Of a stretch of DNA of 64,000 nucleotides, positions 9,191 to 18,988 are shown in pieces. Under the pieces are notes generated by a model, which saw only the letters and a program-made list of their open reading frames with translations, did no database searches and was not told where the DNA came from. This DNA comes from Candidatus Hermodarchaeota archaeon (GTDB lineage: Archaea; Asgardarchaeota; Hermodarchaeia; Hermodarchaeales; Hermodarchaeaceae), in assembly GCA_016839805.1 (NCBI GenBank), contig JAEOTO010000008.1, positions 1-64,000 of the forward strand. The letters run 5' to 3'. Every line of letters begins with the position of its first letter. The first letter of the stretch is position 1. Position numbers and translations under genes: made by a program.

Positions 9191-12100
9191 TTATTTTGCG
9201 AGGTTAACGAAGTCCTCGGAAAGAACCCGATCAAGCGTGGTTACCAGATGGTTGGCGTTTTCTTTGGTAAATACCAATGGGGGTTTTATTTTGAGCACAT
9301 TATGGAGTGGTCCATCGATACTGATGAGGATGCCGAGATTCTTCATGCGTTCAATGATGTACTTTGCCTCTTCTTTAGCGGGTGTCAATGTCTTGTGATT
9401 CTGAACAAGTTCTACACCAATAAAGAGTCCGAGGCCACGGACATCGCCAATTATAGGATGCTTGTCTTTGAGCTGAGTTAATTGCTGCTTGAGGTAATTG
9501 CCTACCTCTAAAGCGTGTTTTTGAAGCTCTTCTTCTTTGATAACGTCTAAAACTGCCATACCGACTGCACAGGACACGGGATTGCCCCCTGTTGTGCTGA
9601 AGAATTCCATACCTGTATTGAAGGAGTTCGCAATCTCTGGGGTTGTGATGACAGCGGCTAAGGGATGACCATTTCCTATTGGTTTACCTAAGGTTATGAT
9701 GTCGGGAACCACGTTTTGGGTTTGGAACCCCCACCAGTTTGTGCCGACGCGTCCAAAACCCACCTGGACCTCGTCCACAATACAGATTCCGCCAGCTTGG
9801 CGGACATAGCGGAATGTTTCACGAAGATAATTTTTGGGAAGGACAATTTGTCCGCCACAACTCATTAAGGGTTCACAAATGAAGGCTGCAATTCCGCGTC
9901 CACCCTTGTTGATTTGGTCGATTACACCAGATATTTCTCGGGCATACTTTTCGCCAGCTTTAGGATCGGAGGCACGATATTTCCCACGATATACATCTGG
10001 CATTGTAATTTTGTGGACATGGGGTGGAGTACCCTTGCCTCCTGGTCCATCGGATTTGTAGGGACTGATATCAACGAGGTTACTAGTATTGCCATGATAG
10101 GCGCCATCAATGACGATTAGGTCACGTTGTTTAGTGTGAGTGAAGGCTAGTCGGAGGGCAAGTTCATTAGCTTCACTACCACTGTTGACAAAGAAACAAA
10201 CCTGGAGCGGTTCGGGTAAGGTTGCACAGAGTTGTTGGGCATATTTGATGAGATTCTTGTGGAGATAACGGGTATTTGTGTTTAGAACAGCTGCTTGCTC
10301 TCGCAACTTCTTGACAACATGAGGGTGGCAATGACCTACATGAGGAACGTTATTCACAGCGTCAAGATAGGCTTTGCCTGTATCATCAAAAAGGTATTGC
10401 ATTAGTCCACGTACAATGTGCAGGGGTTTTTGGTAAGCAACACTCAAAGTGTTACTGATATGATGATCTCTAATACGAAGGATGTCGGTGGTTTTCAGAG
10501 GCTCTGAAGGAAACGCTTCGGAGGGAATCCCTAAAATGAGATTGGGGTTGGGACAGAGGTTCAGCCAGACCTCTCTCTGACTCGATTTGGCCATATTCGG
10601 GAAAACGCCCGTGTGATCCAGTAAATCTAAAATGATTTGAAAATGTAGATGCGATAATTTCTTACCATCAATTTTGAACTCGCCTAGGGTACCAATCTTA
10701 TCGCCTTTTTTCACCAGGCTTCCGAGTTCAAGTTCTCGAATCGAGTCCTTATTCATATTTCCATACATGGTGAAAAACTTGAGTTTCGTTTTTGTTTGAT
10801 GCTCAAGGATAATGGTTGGCCCAGGAGTGTGGTTTGTAGCGTGTGTTTGGAGACTATGAATCCGCCCAGCCATTGGAGCGAGTATGTGTGTGCCTGGCTC
10901 CAGAAATATATCCATTCCGAGATGAATGTTGCGTTCTTCTTTTCCAGGAGTAATAGTGGCAAGGGATTGCCTAGTGAGGTAAATCCATCGGACTTCATCG
11001 TATCTGCCAATTCCTGCACAACTATTTTCAGTCTTTAATTTGTGGACTACGATATCAGCAATGTTTGATGTATTATCGGCGTAAAGTAGGCTACTGAATG
11101 TGGAACTGCCGACACTGAGATCAAGAACGGTTAAAGGAGCTGTTCGTAGGTTTAGGTCAACTATGAACCCAATTTGCTTGCGATTGGCTTGTAACCATTT
11201 GACTATCTCCTTGTTTTGCGGTAAAGGAGCCAAATTACATGCGTGTCTAAAAGTATAGGTTGCGAATTGGGGGTGAACCTCTTTAAGCCGGAAGAGAAGT
11301 GTCCAGGCAGATTGCTCTGAAATGCGCAGATATTCATTTTCTGGTTCAAGTTTTTGTTGATAAGCACAGATTGAGACACTCATTGTGAGCCGCGTACAAA
11401 TCAGATAAAATAGCAATTCGATTTCCTGTTCAGTGAGTGGGAAAACGGAGTGAAACCCGCTGATAACTCGGGCTGCAGCTGTGATTGGATCAGGTTTATC
11501 CATTATGGCATAAGCTGTTGCGACAGCTAGTTCAAACACTGTATGACTTGCTACCATGTCTCCAAAATCAATAATCCCAAATCTGCGTTCTTGTGGATTA
11601 TGGGCTTTGTCGATGATAATGTTGTAATCATTACCATCGTTATGAATCACGCTTGTTCGTAACAGAGATAATATTGGTTGCACATGAGCCTCAAAGAGTT
11701 GTTGGAAGTGTTCTACGAGGCTTCGTTTATCTGGATCCGTGATAAGTTCTTTGTGTTGTTTAATTACTGAAGTTGCATTCTTTAGGTCCCAATAGAGGTC
11801 TCTTTGTGTTGCTGGATGAGAGAAGCCCGTTAAATCGTGACTCATTTGACCAATGAATTTTCCCAAATCAAAGAGCAAATCGAGCGTATGTGGAGTGACT
11901 TTAGCAAAAACCTTACCAGGCAAATAGGAGAGTACGCGAATGAAATGCGGTCTTCCCTTCGTATCTGAGACTGTGACTATTGATTCTCCCGTTCGAGCTT
12001 TGTGAACTTGAGGATAATTTACCGTACTTCCTTGTTTCCTTAGATGCTTCATTGTCGCATTCTGAAAGTCAAGGATTTCACGCTGTTCAGAAGTTGCAGC

Positions 12101-12265
12101 AATTTTAAGAACGTACTCTTCGCCTGATTTCGTTTTAATGTAAAAGTTGCGATCTCGCTCACTTGGTAGTTCCTGAACAACGCCTTGAATGTTAAATAAC
12201 TCGTCTGCGAATCGAACTGCATCTTGATCAGTGAAATCGGGACGATCCTGGTCCTTTGTTGACAT
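9191..12265 (-). CDS. Fusion: hydroxylysine-kinase-like phosphotransferase + M23-like domain + class III PLP aminotransferase/phospho-lyase
   Basis: [15 protein letters not shown] kinase motifs; HLGMD...HLHFQ M23 motifs; [28 protein letters not shown] class III motifs. Confidence 0.9.
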   Translation of the reverse strand: MSTKDQDRPDFTDQDAVRFADELFNIQGVVQELPSERDRNFYIKTKSGEEYVLKIAATSEQREILDFQNATMKHLRKQGSTVNYPQVHKARTGESIVTVSDTKGRPHFIRVLSYLPGKVFAKVTPHTLDLLFDLGKFIGQMSHDLTGFSHPATQRDLYWDLKNATSVIKQHKELITDPDKRSLVEHFQQLFEAHVQPILSLLRTSVIHNDGNDYNIIIDKAHNPQERRFGIIDFGDMVASHTVFELAVATAYAIMDKPDPITAAARVISGFHSVFPLTEQEIELLFYLICTRLTMSVSICAYQQKLEPENEYLRISEQSAWTLLFRLKEVHPQFATYTFRHACNLAPLPQNKEIVKWLQANRKQIGFIVDLNLRTAPLTVLDLSVGSSTFSSLLYADNTSNIADIVVHKLKTENSCAGIGRYDEVRWIYLTRQSLATITPGKEERNIHLGMDIFLEPGTHILAPMAGRIHSLQTHATNHTPGPTIILEHQTKTKLKFFTMYGNMNKDSIRELELGSLVKKGDKIGTLGEFKIDGKKLSHLHFQIILDLLDHTGVFPNMAKSSQREVWLNLCPNPNLILGIPSEAFPSEPLKTTDILRIRDHHISNTLSVAYQKPLHIVRGLMQYLFDDTGKAYLDAVNNVPHVGHCHPHVVKKLREQAAVLNTNTRYLHKNLIKYAQQLCATLPEPLQVCFFVNSGSEANELALRLAFTHTKQRDLIVIDGAYHGNTSNLVDISPYKSDGPGGKGTPPHVHKITMPDVYRGKYRASDPKAGEKYAREISGVIDQINKGGRGIAAFICEPLMSCGGQIVLPKNYLRETFRYVRQAGGICIVDEVQVGFGRVGTNWWGFQTQNVVPDIITLGKPIGNGHPLAAVITTPEIANSFNTGMEFFSTTGGNPVSCAVGMAVLDVIKEEELQKHALEVGNYLKQQLTQLKDKHPIIGDVRGLGLFIGVELVQNHKTLTPAKEEAKYIIERMKNLGILISIDGPLHNVLKIKPPLVFTKENANHLVTTLDRVLSEDFVNLAK

Positions 12266-12366
12266 CTATTAGCACCTCACGCTGAATTAACTATTCAAAT
12301 GGATGATGAAAGGAGCTTTAGGTTAATATGTGCTGTCAATTCTATATGAGAATAGTTTTGGAACCT

Positions 12367-13182
12367 TTATTGTCGGATGCCGCAACCCTTCTTTTTGAGC
12401 ATATTAAGCCAGGTTTGGATTTTTTTTGGAAGAGTTTGTAATCGATTTTTCTCTAGTCTAAGAATCGTTAGTGATGTTAACCGAGTTATGCTTACTGGAA
12501 GACTCGTTAGTTGATTTGTATGCAGAGAGAGTAGTTCGAGTTGTCGTAAATCGCCTAGACTATCAGGAAGAGACTGGAGTTGATTATTATGAAGCACAAG
12601 GCGTTTCAATTTGGTTAAATTACCTATTGTATGAGGAACGGAGGTGAGTTGGTTGATAGAGGCAATAAAGTCCCAAAGATTGCTGAGTTTACCGATTGTG
12701 TCAGGTATGGTTTTCAATTCGACGTTGAGAAGCCCTAGCCGTTCTAATGAATTGAGGTCGCCGATACTTGGGGGAAGGGCATGGAGATAGTTGCGTGACA
12801 GGTCGAAGCGGTGAAGTTTGTGAAGATTACCGATACTGGAGGGGAGCGTTTTGATTTGATTATTGAAGACATCAAGGTTTTCGAGATTCACTAGATTACC
12901 GATGCTTTCGGGGAGGGTGGTCAGCTGATTGTCGCGGAGATAAAGTCGTTTTAGGTTTCGAAGATGGTCAATTGAGTCTGGGAGTGATTTGAGACCCTTT
13001 TCGCGAATGCTTAAGCCAGTTACCTGATGCTTGGAGTGAACGAAGCCAGTTCGGTAAAATCCGATACCTGTACTGGGTATTGGTTCTCCAATGATCTCTT
13101 CAAGTTTGTGGAGAAATGCAGCCTCTGCTTGTTGCAGAGTTATGCCATGATAGTCGGAGATAGTGTTATTTTTTGGTGTCAT
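12367..13182 (-). CDS. Leucine-rich repeat protein (23-aa LPxSIGxLxxL repeats)
   Basis: About 8 repeats, e.g. LKRLYLRDNQLTTLPESIGNLVNL. Confidence 0.95.
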   Translation of the reverse strand: MTPKNNTISDYHGITLQQAEAAFLHKLEEIIGEPIPSTGIGFYRTGFVHSKHQVTGLSIREKGLKSLPDSIDHLRNLKRLYLRDNQLTTLPESIGNLVNLENLDVFNNQIKTLPSSIGNLHKLHRFDLSRNYLHALPPSIGDLNSLERLGLLNVELKTIPDTIGKLSNLWDFIASINQLTSVPHTIGNLTKLKRLVLHNNQLQSLPDSLGDLRQLELLSLHTNQLTSLPVSITRLTSLTILRLEKNRLQTLPKKIQTWLNMLKKKGCGIRQ

Positions 13183-13832
13183 TTTGAATTCTCAATTCCC
13201 TGATCTGAATCAGAGATTTTCACTTGTCGGAGACTAGGAAGGAAGCGACCGGTTCGTTGGATATAGTCGCGGTATTCGTCACCAAATTGGTCCAGCATCA
13301 TTTCCTCTTCTTTTATGGAGATGGGATAGAACATTAGAATAACAATGATGGCAAATACGGTGACGAAGAGATTAGAAGCTATAAGGAGAGCTGAGAGAGT
13401 GAAAAGGATGAAGACCGTATACATCGGATGGCGAATCCGTGAATAAGGCCCACTGGTCATGAGGGTATGGTCCTCCTTGATTTCCAAGTCGGCAGCCCAG
13501 AATCGACCAAGCGTTCGATGAATCCACACAAGAAAGGGAACTGTACAGAAGCCAAGAATGACACCAATCCATCTTACAAGTGAGGGCAGAGGTATGGGAA
13601 ACCAGAGAATCCACAGTGGCATTAGGAGATAGACAATGATTGAAATTATCATGCCAAGAATCCCAATGGAAAGAACGAGTAGCATCCACCCAAGCTTCTG
13701 TTTTTTCTTTATCTGAGGTGCATCTCCGGTGTCTGTGGGTTTTGTACTTTTACGACGATAATAAATCCGGACACCAGCAAATATAGTCCATATCGCCACG
13801 AAAAGAATTCGAAAGAGCAGTTCCTCAACCAT
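13179..13832 (-). CDS. Isoprenylcysteine carboxyl methyltransferase (ICMT/PEMT) family membrane protein
   Basis: HTLMTSGPYSRIRHPMY and EEEMM...FGDEYRDY motifs; multi-TM. Confidence 0.9.
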   Translation of the reverse strand: MVEELLFRILFVAIWTIFAGVRIYYRRKSTKPTDTGDAPQIKKKQKLGWMLLVLSIGILGMIISIIVYLLMPLWILWFPIPLPSLVRWIGVILGFCTVPFLVWIHRTLGRFWAADLEIKEDHTLMTSGPYSRIRHPMYTVFILFTLSALLIASNLFVTVFAIIVILMFYPISIKEEEMMLDQFGDEYRDYIQRTGRFLPSLRQVKISDSDQGIENSK

Positions 13833-13943
13833 TTACATACACCCCTATCCGCAATCAGCTTTATTTCAAGAATCTCAGTAATTACATACAATTATCTCTT
13901 TTTGTAGCCAATAACTTATCACTAGTGGAGGATGTGACCGGTG

Positions 13944-14416
13944 GTGCTAAGTAATTTAGGAGATTATCACATTTGGACGGGAATGCAAATTCGCCTGCTT
14001 ATTGAGCAATTAACAAGGAAGAATTTACACGCAACCTTGGCAATTTTAGTGCAAAATCCATTACTGAACATATTGTTCTTGCCCCGGAAACCTGCTTCTT
14101 GATTGCGACCAAATCTACTGATGAACGCGTGATTATAAAGACTTTGAAAGCCTCGAAGAATCAACTTCTTGCTCGGTGGAAAGAACTCGATTGACAACTA
14201 GCCCAAACGATTCGACAAAATCTCAAGGGTCAAATCACGGTTCCCCACATTACTGAAGAACCCTTCGATGTTAATGCTGTTGATTTCTATCTCCAGTACA
14301 TATTCCATACTACGCATCATCATGGACAACTTGCTATAACTCTCCGGAAACTCGGTAAAGATGTTCCTGGTACCGATTATCTCATGTACCTGGCTCAAAA
14401 AGACAAACAAACTTAA
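13944..14416 (+). pseudogene. DinB/DUF664 family pseudogene (frameshift + internal stop)
   Basis: VLSNLGDYHIWTGMQIRLLIEQLT, frameshift at ~14016, EEFTRNLG...EHIVLA...RWKELD*(TGA 14192-14194)...QYIFHTTHHHGQLAITLRKLGKDVPGTDY. Confidence 0.8.
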
Positions 14417-14512
14417 TGTCAATAGCTATCCTAATCTTCTAGAACAATGAATAAGTCTAATCAACTTCTTCAGATTCAAATGCTAAAATAAGAGAATATT
14501 TGGTGATTATTT

Positions 14513-14920
14513 ATGAAAACGAAGACCGCACTTCTGAAGCAAGATTTCGATTTGATTAAGGCTGCCCGAGAAACTGCAGATCGTTTGTATGTCAAAGATA
14601 AACATGAGGTAGCGGCGGCCTTGAGAACCATGGATGGCCGTGTCTTTACGGGAATTCATATAGAGGCGAGTGTAGGGTTTGCTGATGTTTGTGGTGAAGT
14701 CGCCGCAATATGCACAGCTGTTTCGCATGGTTGTCGTGATTTCCAGACGATAGTGGCAATTTGGCGGGATCAAGAGGGAAGGCATCATCTCTGTAGTCCG
14801 TGTGGACGCTGTCGGGAGGTAATTCGTGATTTCAATGAGGATGCCTGGGTAATTGTAGGGTCCCTTGAAGAGCCCTATAAGGTGAAAGTGTCCGAATTGC
14901 TACCTTTAAAAAACGATTAG
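14513..14920 (+). CDS. Cytidine deaminase family protein
   Basis: CGE and SPCGRCRE zinc motifs, ELLP C-terminus (cysteine-type CDA/blasticidin-S deaminase-like). Confidence 0.9.
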   Translation: MKTKTALLKQDFDLIKAARETADRLYVKDKHEVAAALRTMDGRVFTGIHIEASVGFADVCGEVAAICTAVSHGCRDFQTIVAIWRDQEGRHHLCSPCGRCREVIRDFNEDAWVIVGSLEEPYKVKVSELLPLKND

Positions 14921-14925
14921 GAAGG

Positions 14926-15900
14926 TCAGGTTCCATAAAGCCGTTGAGCGTTTCGCCAATACAAATCGCTTAGAACCTTTTTTGGTAGGTTAAGCCCATT
15001 GATGAAAGTTCCGCCAAGATCCTCTGTATCTGGATCGGGAAAGGGCAAGGGAGTGTTGCGTTCATTCGTTTCCCAAAGGATACGTTGAGCCACAAAACGT
15101 GCCATATATGGAGAAAGTGGTGACTGATTGTCCGTAGTGGGAGAAGTATTCAATGTGGCGTCCGTACCGAAAAGAACACGTTTAGAAAATCGAATGAGAA
15201 ATTTACGGGCGACATCTGGATCCTTGCTGAGTTCCCGAGCCATCCAGCGTGATGACGCTGTATCCACGACAATGTTATCGTATTTCTCAAACCATTCGGC
15301 GAGATGGGGAAGCCGGTGGATTTCGGGTTGAGCGGCAAAATGGGCTAATTGGAATTGAAGGTCCGGATGATTCTGGATTAGTATTTCCAAATCGCTTAGA
15401 TGTTCGTCTTTGGTGCCGTAAATTTTTGAGTTTGCATAGGTAGTTGCGTAATAGGTATCAGGATCTGCCATATGAAGGAGTAGCGGAAAGCCTTCAGATG
15501 CTAATTTCTCGAAAATCGGTGTGTATCGTTGGTCTGTTAGTTGAAAGATTCCTTCATAATTCTTCAAGTAATTCCGCCAGCCTGGTGCTACCCACATTTT
15601 TGCTAGCGTGAAACCGTTTTCCCGCATCGTATCGATTTCAAACAAGATGCGTTCAACTCGTGAACCGATGATATCTTGGGTTGATAGATATTTAGCAAAA
15701 ATAAATTTCCCTGGAAATTGAGCTTCAACGATGGCTCGGACCTCGAAGTGATGAGCAATCACCAGCTGAGATTCTATGCCCAATTGTATTTGTTCATTAA
15801 TAGTCTGAGCTAGATGTGTAGTGTTCCAAACATGGGTATGTGCATCGAAAATTGGACTCGTGTATTTCCAGGTATGAGCTTTCAATGGATAATTCGCCAT
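14926..15900 (-). CDS. Amidohydrolase family protein (Amidohydro_2)
   Basis: IFDAHTH, LLHMADP, LAHF, VLFGTD, LYWRNAQRL motifs; probable start MANYP. Confidence 0.85.
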   Translation of the reverse strand: MANYPLKAHTWKYTSPIFDAHTHVWNTTHLAQTINEQIQLGIESQLVIAHHFEVRAIVEAQFPGKFIFAKYLSTQDIIGSRVERILFEIDTMRENGFTLAKMWVAPGWRNYLKNYEGIFQLTDQRYTPIFEKLASEGFPLLLHMADPDTYYATTYANSKIYGTKDEHLSDLEILIQNHPDLQFQLAHFAAQPEIHRLPHLAEWFEKYDNIVVDTASSRWMARELSKDPDVARKFLIRFSKRVLFGTDATLNTSPTTDNQSPLSPYMARFVAQRILWETNERNTPLPFPDPDTEDLGGTFINGLNLPKKVLSDLYWRNAQRLYGT

Positions 15901-16010
15901 GGAACTGTTCGAATCGGATGGAAAAGTATGTCGGATTGTACTAATTCTACACTTTAAGAGTAATACCTCTAGAATCCAGTCAAATGTTCCATCAAAAAAC
16001 ACTGATGCGT

Positions 16011-16382
16011 TTAGTCACCCCGTGGATTAAGAACCGTAGGCTCGAACATCAAAACATAGGAGGGTTCTATGCTCTTTGGGGAATGTTCAATCCCTCTGGG
16101 GATGACCGTCATTTTTCCCTCGGTTAAAGTGATATCGGGTTGATCTTTGACTCGAATAGTAATTTGTCCTTTCAGAACGAAGAAAAGCTCATCAGCGTTA
16201 GTATGTTTATGCATTGGAAACTCGCCATCAAACAAGGCAAGTCGAATCACTTGATCGTTAACCTGAAGAATTTCGATCGGCGACCAGGGCTTCTTGAGCG
16301 TGCGAATTTGTTCCCAGACATCGATGATTGGGACCATGAGGGCATCTCCATGAGTTAAGTAAATGTTTCTTTGTGTTCGCAT
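16011..16382 (-). CDS. Cupin domain protein
   Basis: GEFPMHKHTNADELFFV...IPRGIEHSP; AAGGAG upstream. Confidence 0.9.
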   Translation of the reverse strand: MRTQRNIYLTHGDALMVPIIDVWEQIRTLKKPWSPIEILQVNDQVIRLALFDGEFPMHKHTNADELFFVLKGQITIRVKDQPDITLTEGKMTVIPRGIEHSPKSIEPSYVLMFEPTVLNPRGD

Positions 16383-16515
16383 CTTATACTCCTTTCTGTG
16401 TTCATTATTTTTTTCAGTTGACTAGTACATGAAACTAAAAAAGGACAAGCAGGACACTGAGCTATTCCACCCAGACATCCTGCTCGCTTTAGTGAATTGT
16501 CTATTAACGCCGATA

Positions 16516-17343
16516 TTACTCTAGATAGAAGTCGATGAACTTGTGCTTCTTGATGAAAGGTATGATCAGCAATATTATGACGAGAATGATGGCTACGGCT
16601 ATTGCAGTATAGGCAATGACGGGAATAGCAAGCCATTTGGCTGCGATACCAACTGAAGCCCAAATAACCACCAGGGGAAAGCCGAATTCACGACGGAGAT
16701 AAACCATGAGAATTGTTAGAAGGAGTGCCACTATGAGTAAAGCAGCGGTTGCGAGATGTTGGGTTTCTGAGGGAAGACCTGGGATCAAGATATTCAGAGC
16801 TGAGGCGATACCTGCAATAGAAGCTACGGATATCCAGGCGAGATATACGCTGAAGTGTAGATGCACAGCTAATTTTTCCCCTCGACTAACAGCCTCTTTG
16901 CCAACTCCTAGCCGTAGATAGGCTAGCAGTAGCAGGATAAAGACGAGTAAGAGAATTCCTACAGATGCGAGGAAGAAAGGTGGATTTGCAATAGTATATG
17001 CGTAGGAGAAATGAAAGACGAAAATCCATGCTATGTTGGCTAGACCGGCAAAGAGGTAAAAGAAGCTAATTTTTGGTAGATAGGATTCATTACGTTGGCT
17101 TGCGCGGGCTTGGTAGATTATGAAGATGATGGCTTGGAGGTAGATGATGAACCAGATTGAGAAGACGTATCCGGCGGGTGTGAAGAAATTCGGGTATGCA
17201 TCAGAAATTTGTCCTGTGTTGACACCGAAGATTGGCAGCACATTAGCGAGGATATTAACGATGATCACTGAAATGACGGTGATGATGTTGAGAATCTGGT
17301 AGATTACGGGATTTATTTTCGTGGGCATGGGTAATAGTGGCAT
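16516..17343 (-). CDS. TspO/tryptophan-rich sensory protein-like membrane protein
   Basis: FTPAGYVFSIW, NIAWIF, SVYLAWISVA motifs; ~8 TM. Confidence 0.75.
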   Translation of the reverse strand: MPLLPMPTKINPVIYQILNIITVISVIIVNILANVLPIFGVNTGQISDAYPNFFTPAGYVFSIWFIIYLQAIIFIIYQARASQRNESYLPKISFFYLFAGLANIAWIFVFHFSYAYTIANPPFFLASVGILLLVFILLLLAYLRLGVGKEAVSRGEKLAVHLHFSVYLAWISVASIAGIASALNILIPGLPSETQHLATAALLIVALLLTILMVYLRREFGFPLVVIWASVGIAAKWLAIPVIAYTAIAVAIILVIILLIIPFIKKHKFIDFYLE

Positions 17344-17645
17344 AGATGTGCCTTAAATTTACATCGAGTTTGCTAGAATTTAGGTAAAACACAGAAATCC
17401 TCGTTGAGAAAGTAAAGAAATTATATTTTAAAAGATTGAAACTCCATTCTGTTGTACCACGAATAAATACCCGGATTGCGATTAACTTGAATTCACTTAT
17501 GAAACATCTTTTTTATTATTTTAGTTAGCTTGGGATGCACCGATGTAAGATGCTTTTGGTCATTTCTTTGCGCAGGCACTAGACTTTTCTACCATCGGAA
17601 CAAGTTTGAAAAATCATTGAGAACAATTACGGTATGAGGAGCTCT

Positions 17646-18950
17646 ATGACGAAAAAAATTGGAATTCGGCGTGAGGACAAGGCTTTCGAACTTCGGACAC
17701 CAATTGTTCCAGCCGATGTACAAGCTCTTATGAAAAAATTCGATTTTGCATTCGTTGTCGAACCCTCTGAACAACGTACGTTTACAGAAGCTGCTTATAC
17801 AAACATTGGTGCCTCTGTGGGAAGCCTCAAAGAGTGTCCCGTTATTTTTGGCATTAAAGAAATTCCTAAAGAGGTGTTTGAACCTGGGAAAGTCTATCTC
17901 TTTTTTGCCCATGTCATTAAGGGTCAATCCTACAACATGGAGATGCTTCAACAAATGTTGGATGTAGGTGCGACATTGATTGATTATGAACGCATCGTTG
18001 AAGTCGATTCAGGTCGTCGACTTGTCTTTTTTGGTAACTGGGCCGGATATGCGGGGATGGCGGAAACCCTTCGAGGATTAGGTGAACGGTTAAAGGTTCA
18101 AGAAATCGCACCAAATCCCTTTGCCGTTTTACAATCTACTTATGAATATGGCGGGATGGATGAGTTACAAGCGGCTATTATGGCTGTTGGAGAACGAATC
18201 AAAGATGAAGGATTTGCTTCTGAGCTAGCACCATTGTGTGTGGGCTTTATTGGCTATGGAAATACCTCCCGTGGCGCACAAACCATCTTCGATTTACTCC
18301 CCCATAAGACAGTATCACCACAAGAACTGGCAGGTCTACCATCAGATAATCATCTCCTGTATAAGGTCGTGTTTCGTGAGGAGAATACGGTTCGTCCCAA
18401 AGATCCATCAACAACCTTTGAGTTGCAGCATTACTATAACCACGGGAAAGCATTGTATGAATCGAACTTTTTCCAATATCTGTCCCACCTCACGGTATTG
18501 ATGAATTGCATTTACTGGACAGATGAATATCCGCGTATGGTTACCAAAACCGAGCTTAAGCAGTTATGGGAACAGACCGGAGGAAACCCACGCTTGAAAA
18601 TCGTGGGGGATATCAGTTGCGATGTTGAAGGTGCCATTGAGTTCACCGTTGATTGTACCAAACCGGATAAGCCTACCTTTGTGTTTGACCCGATTCGTGG
18701 AGCAATGCAGTTGGGAATTAAAGGACGTGGTGTAGTGGTGATGGCGGTGGATAACCTGCCCACGGAATTGCCGCGGGAAGCATCAACGTCTTTCAGTGAA
18801 ACACTCCGGCAATTCATTCCATCTATCGTAAAGGCGGATTACACTGTTCCCTTTGAAAATTTAGACCTTCCATCTGAAGTGAAGAAAGCTGTGATTGTCT
18901 ATCAAGGGAAGCTGACACCAGAATATGAATATCTCAAAAAGTATTTGTAA
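17646..18950 (+). CDS. Lysine-ketoglutarate reductase (LKR-type saccharopine dehydrogenase, AlaDH/PNT fold)
   Basis: IGIRREDK, FFAHVIKGQSYNM, LIDYERI, NCIYW..YPR, GDISCD, MAVDNLPTELPREAS match the AASS N-terminal domain. Confidence 0.9.
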   Translation: MTKKIGIRREDKAFELRTPIVPADVQALMKKFDFAFVVEPSEQRTFTEAAYTNIGASVGSLKECPVIFGIKEIPKEVFEPGKVYLFFAHVIKGQSYNMEMLQQMLDVGATLIDYERIVEVDSGRRLVFFGNWAGYAGMAETLRGLGERLKVQEIAPNPFAVLQSTYEYGGMDELQAAIMAVGERIKDEGFASELAPLCVGFIGYGNTSRGAQTIFDLLPHKTVSPQELAGLPSDNHLLYKVVFREENTVRPKDPSTTFELQHYYNHGKALYESNFFQYLSHLTVLMNCIYWTDEYPRMVTKTELKQLWEQTGGNPRLKIVGDISCDVEGAIEFTVDCTKPDKPTFVFDPIRGAMQLGIKGRGVVVMAVDNLPTELPREASTSFSETLRQFIPSIVKADYTVPFENLDLPSEVKKAVIVYQGKLTPEYEYLKKYL

Positions 18951-18988
18951 CGAGACATAACCAAACGAAGAGTGGATGGGATTATTAG

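Noticed and set aside
14192-14194. In-frame TGA as possible selenocysteine recoding
   Set aside because: The same gene also has a frameshift, the position is not a catalytic Cys site and no SECIS-like hairpin was recognised; a nonsense mutation is simpler
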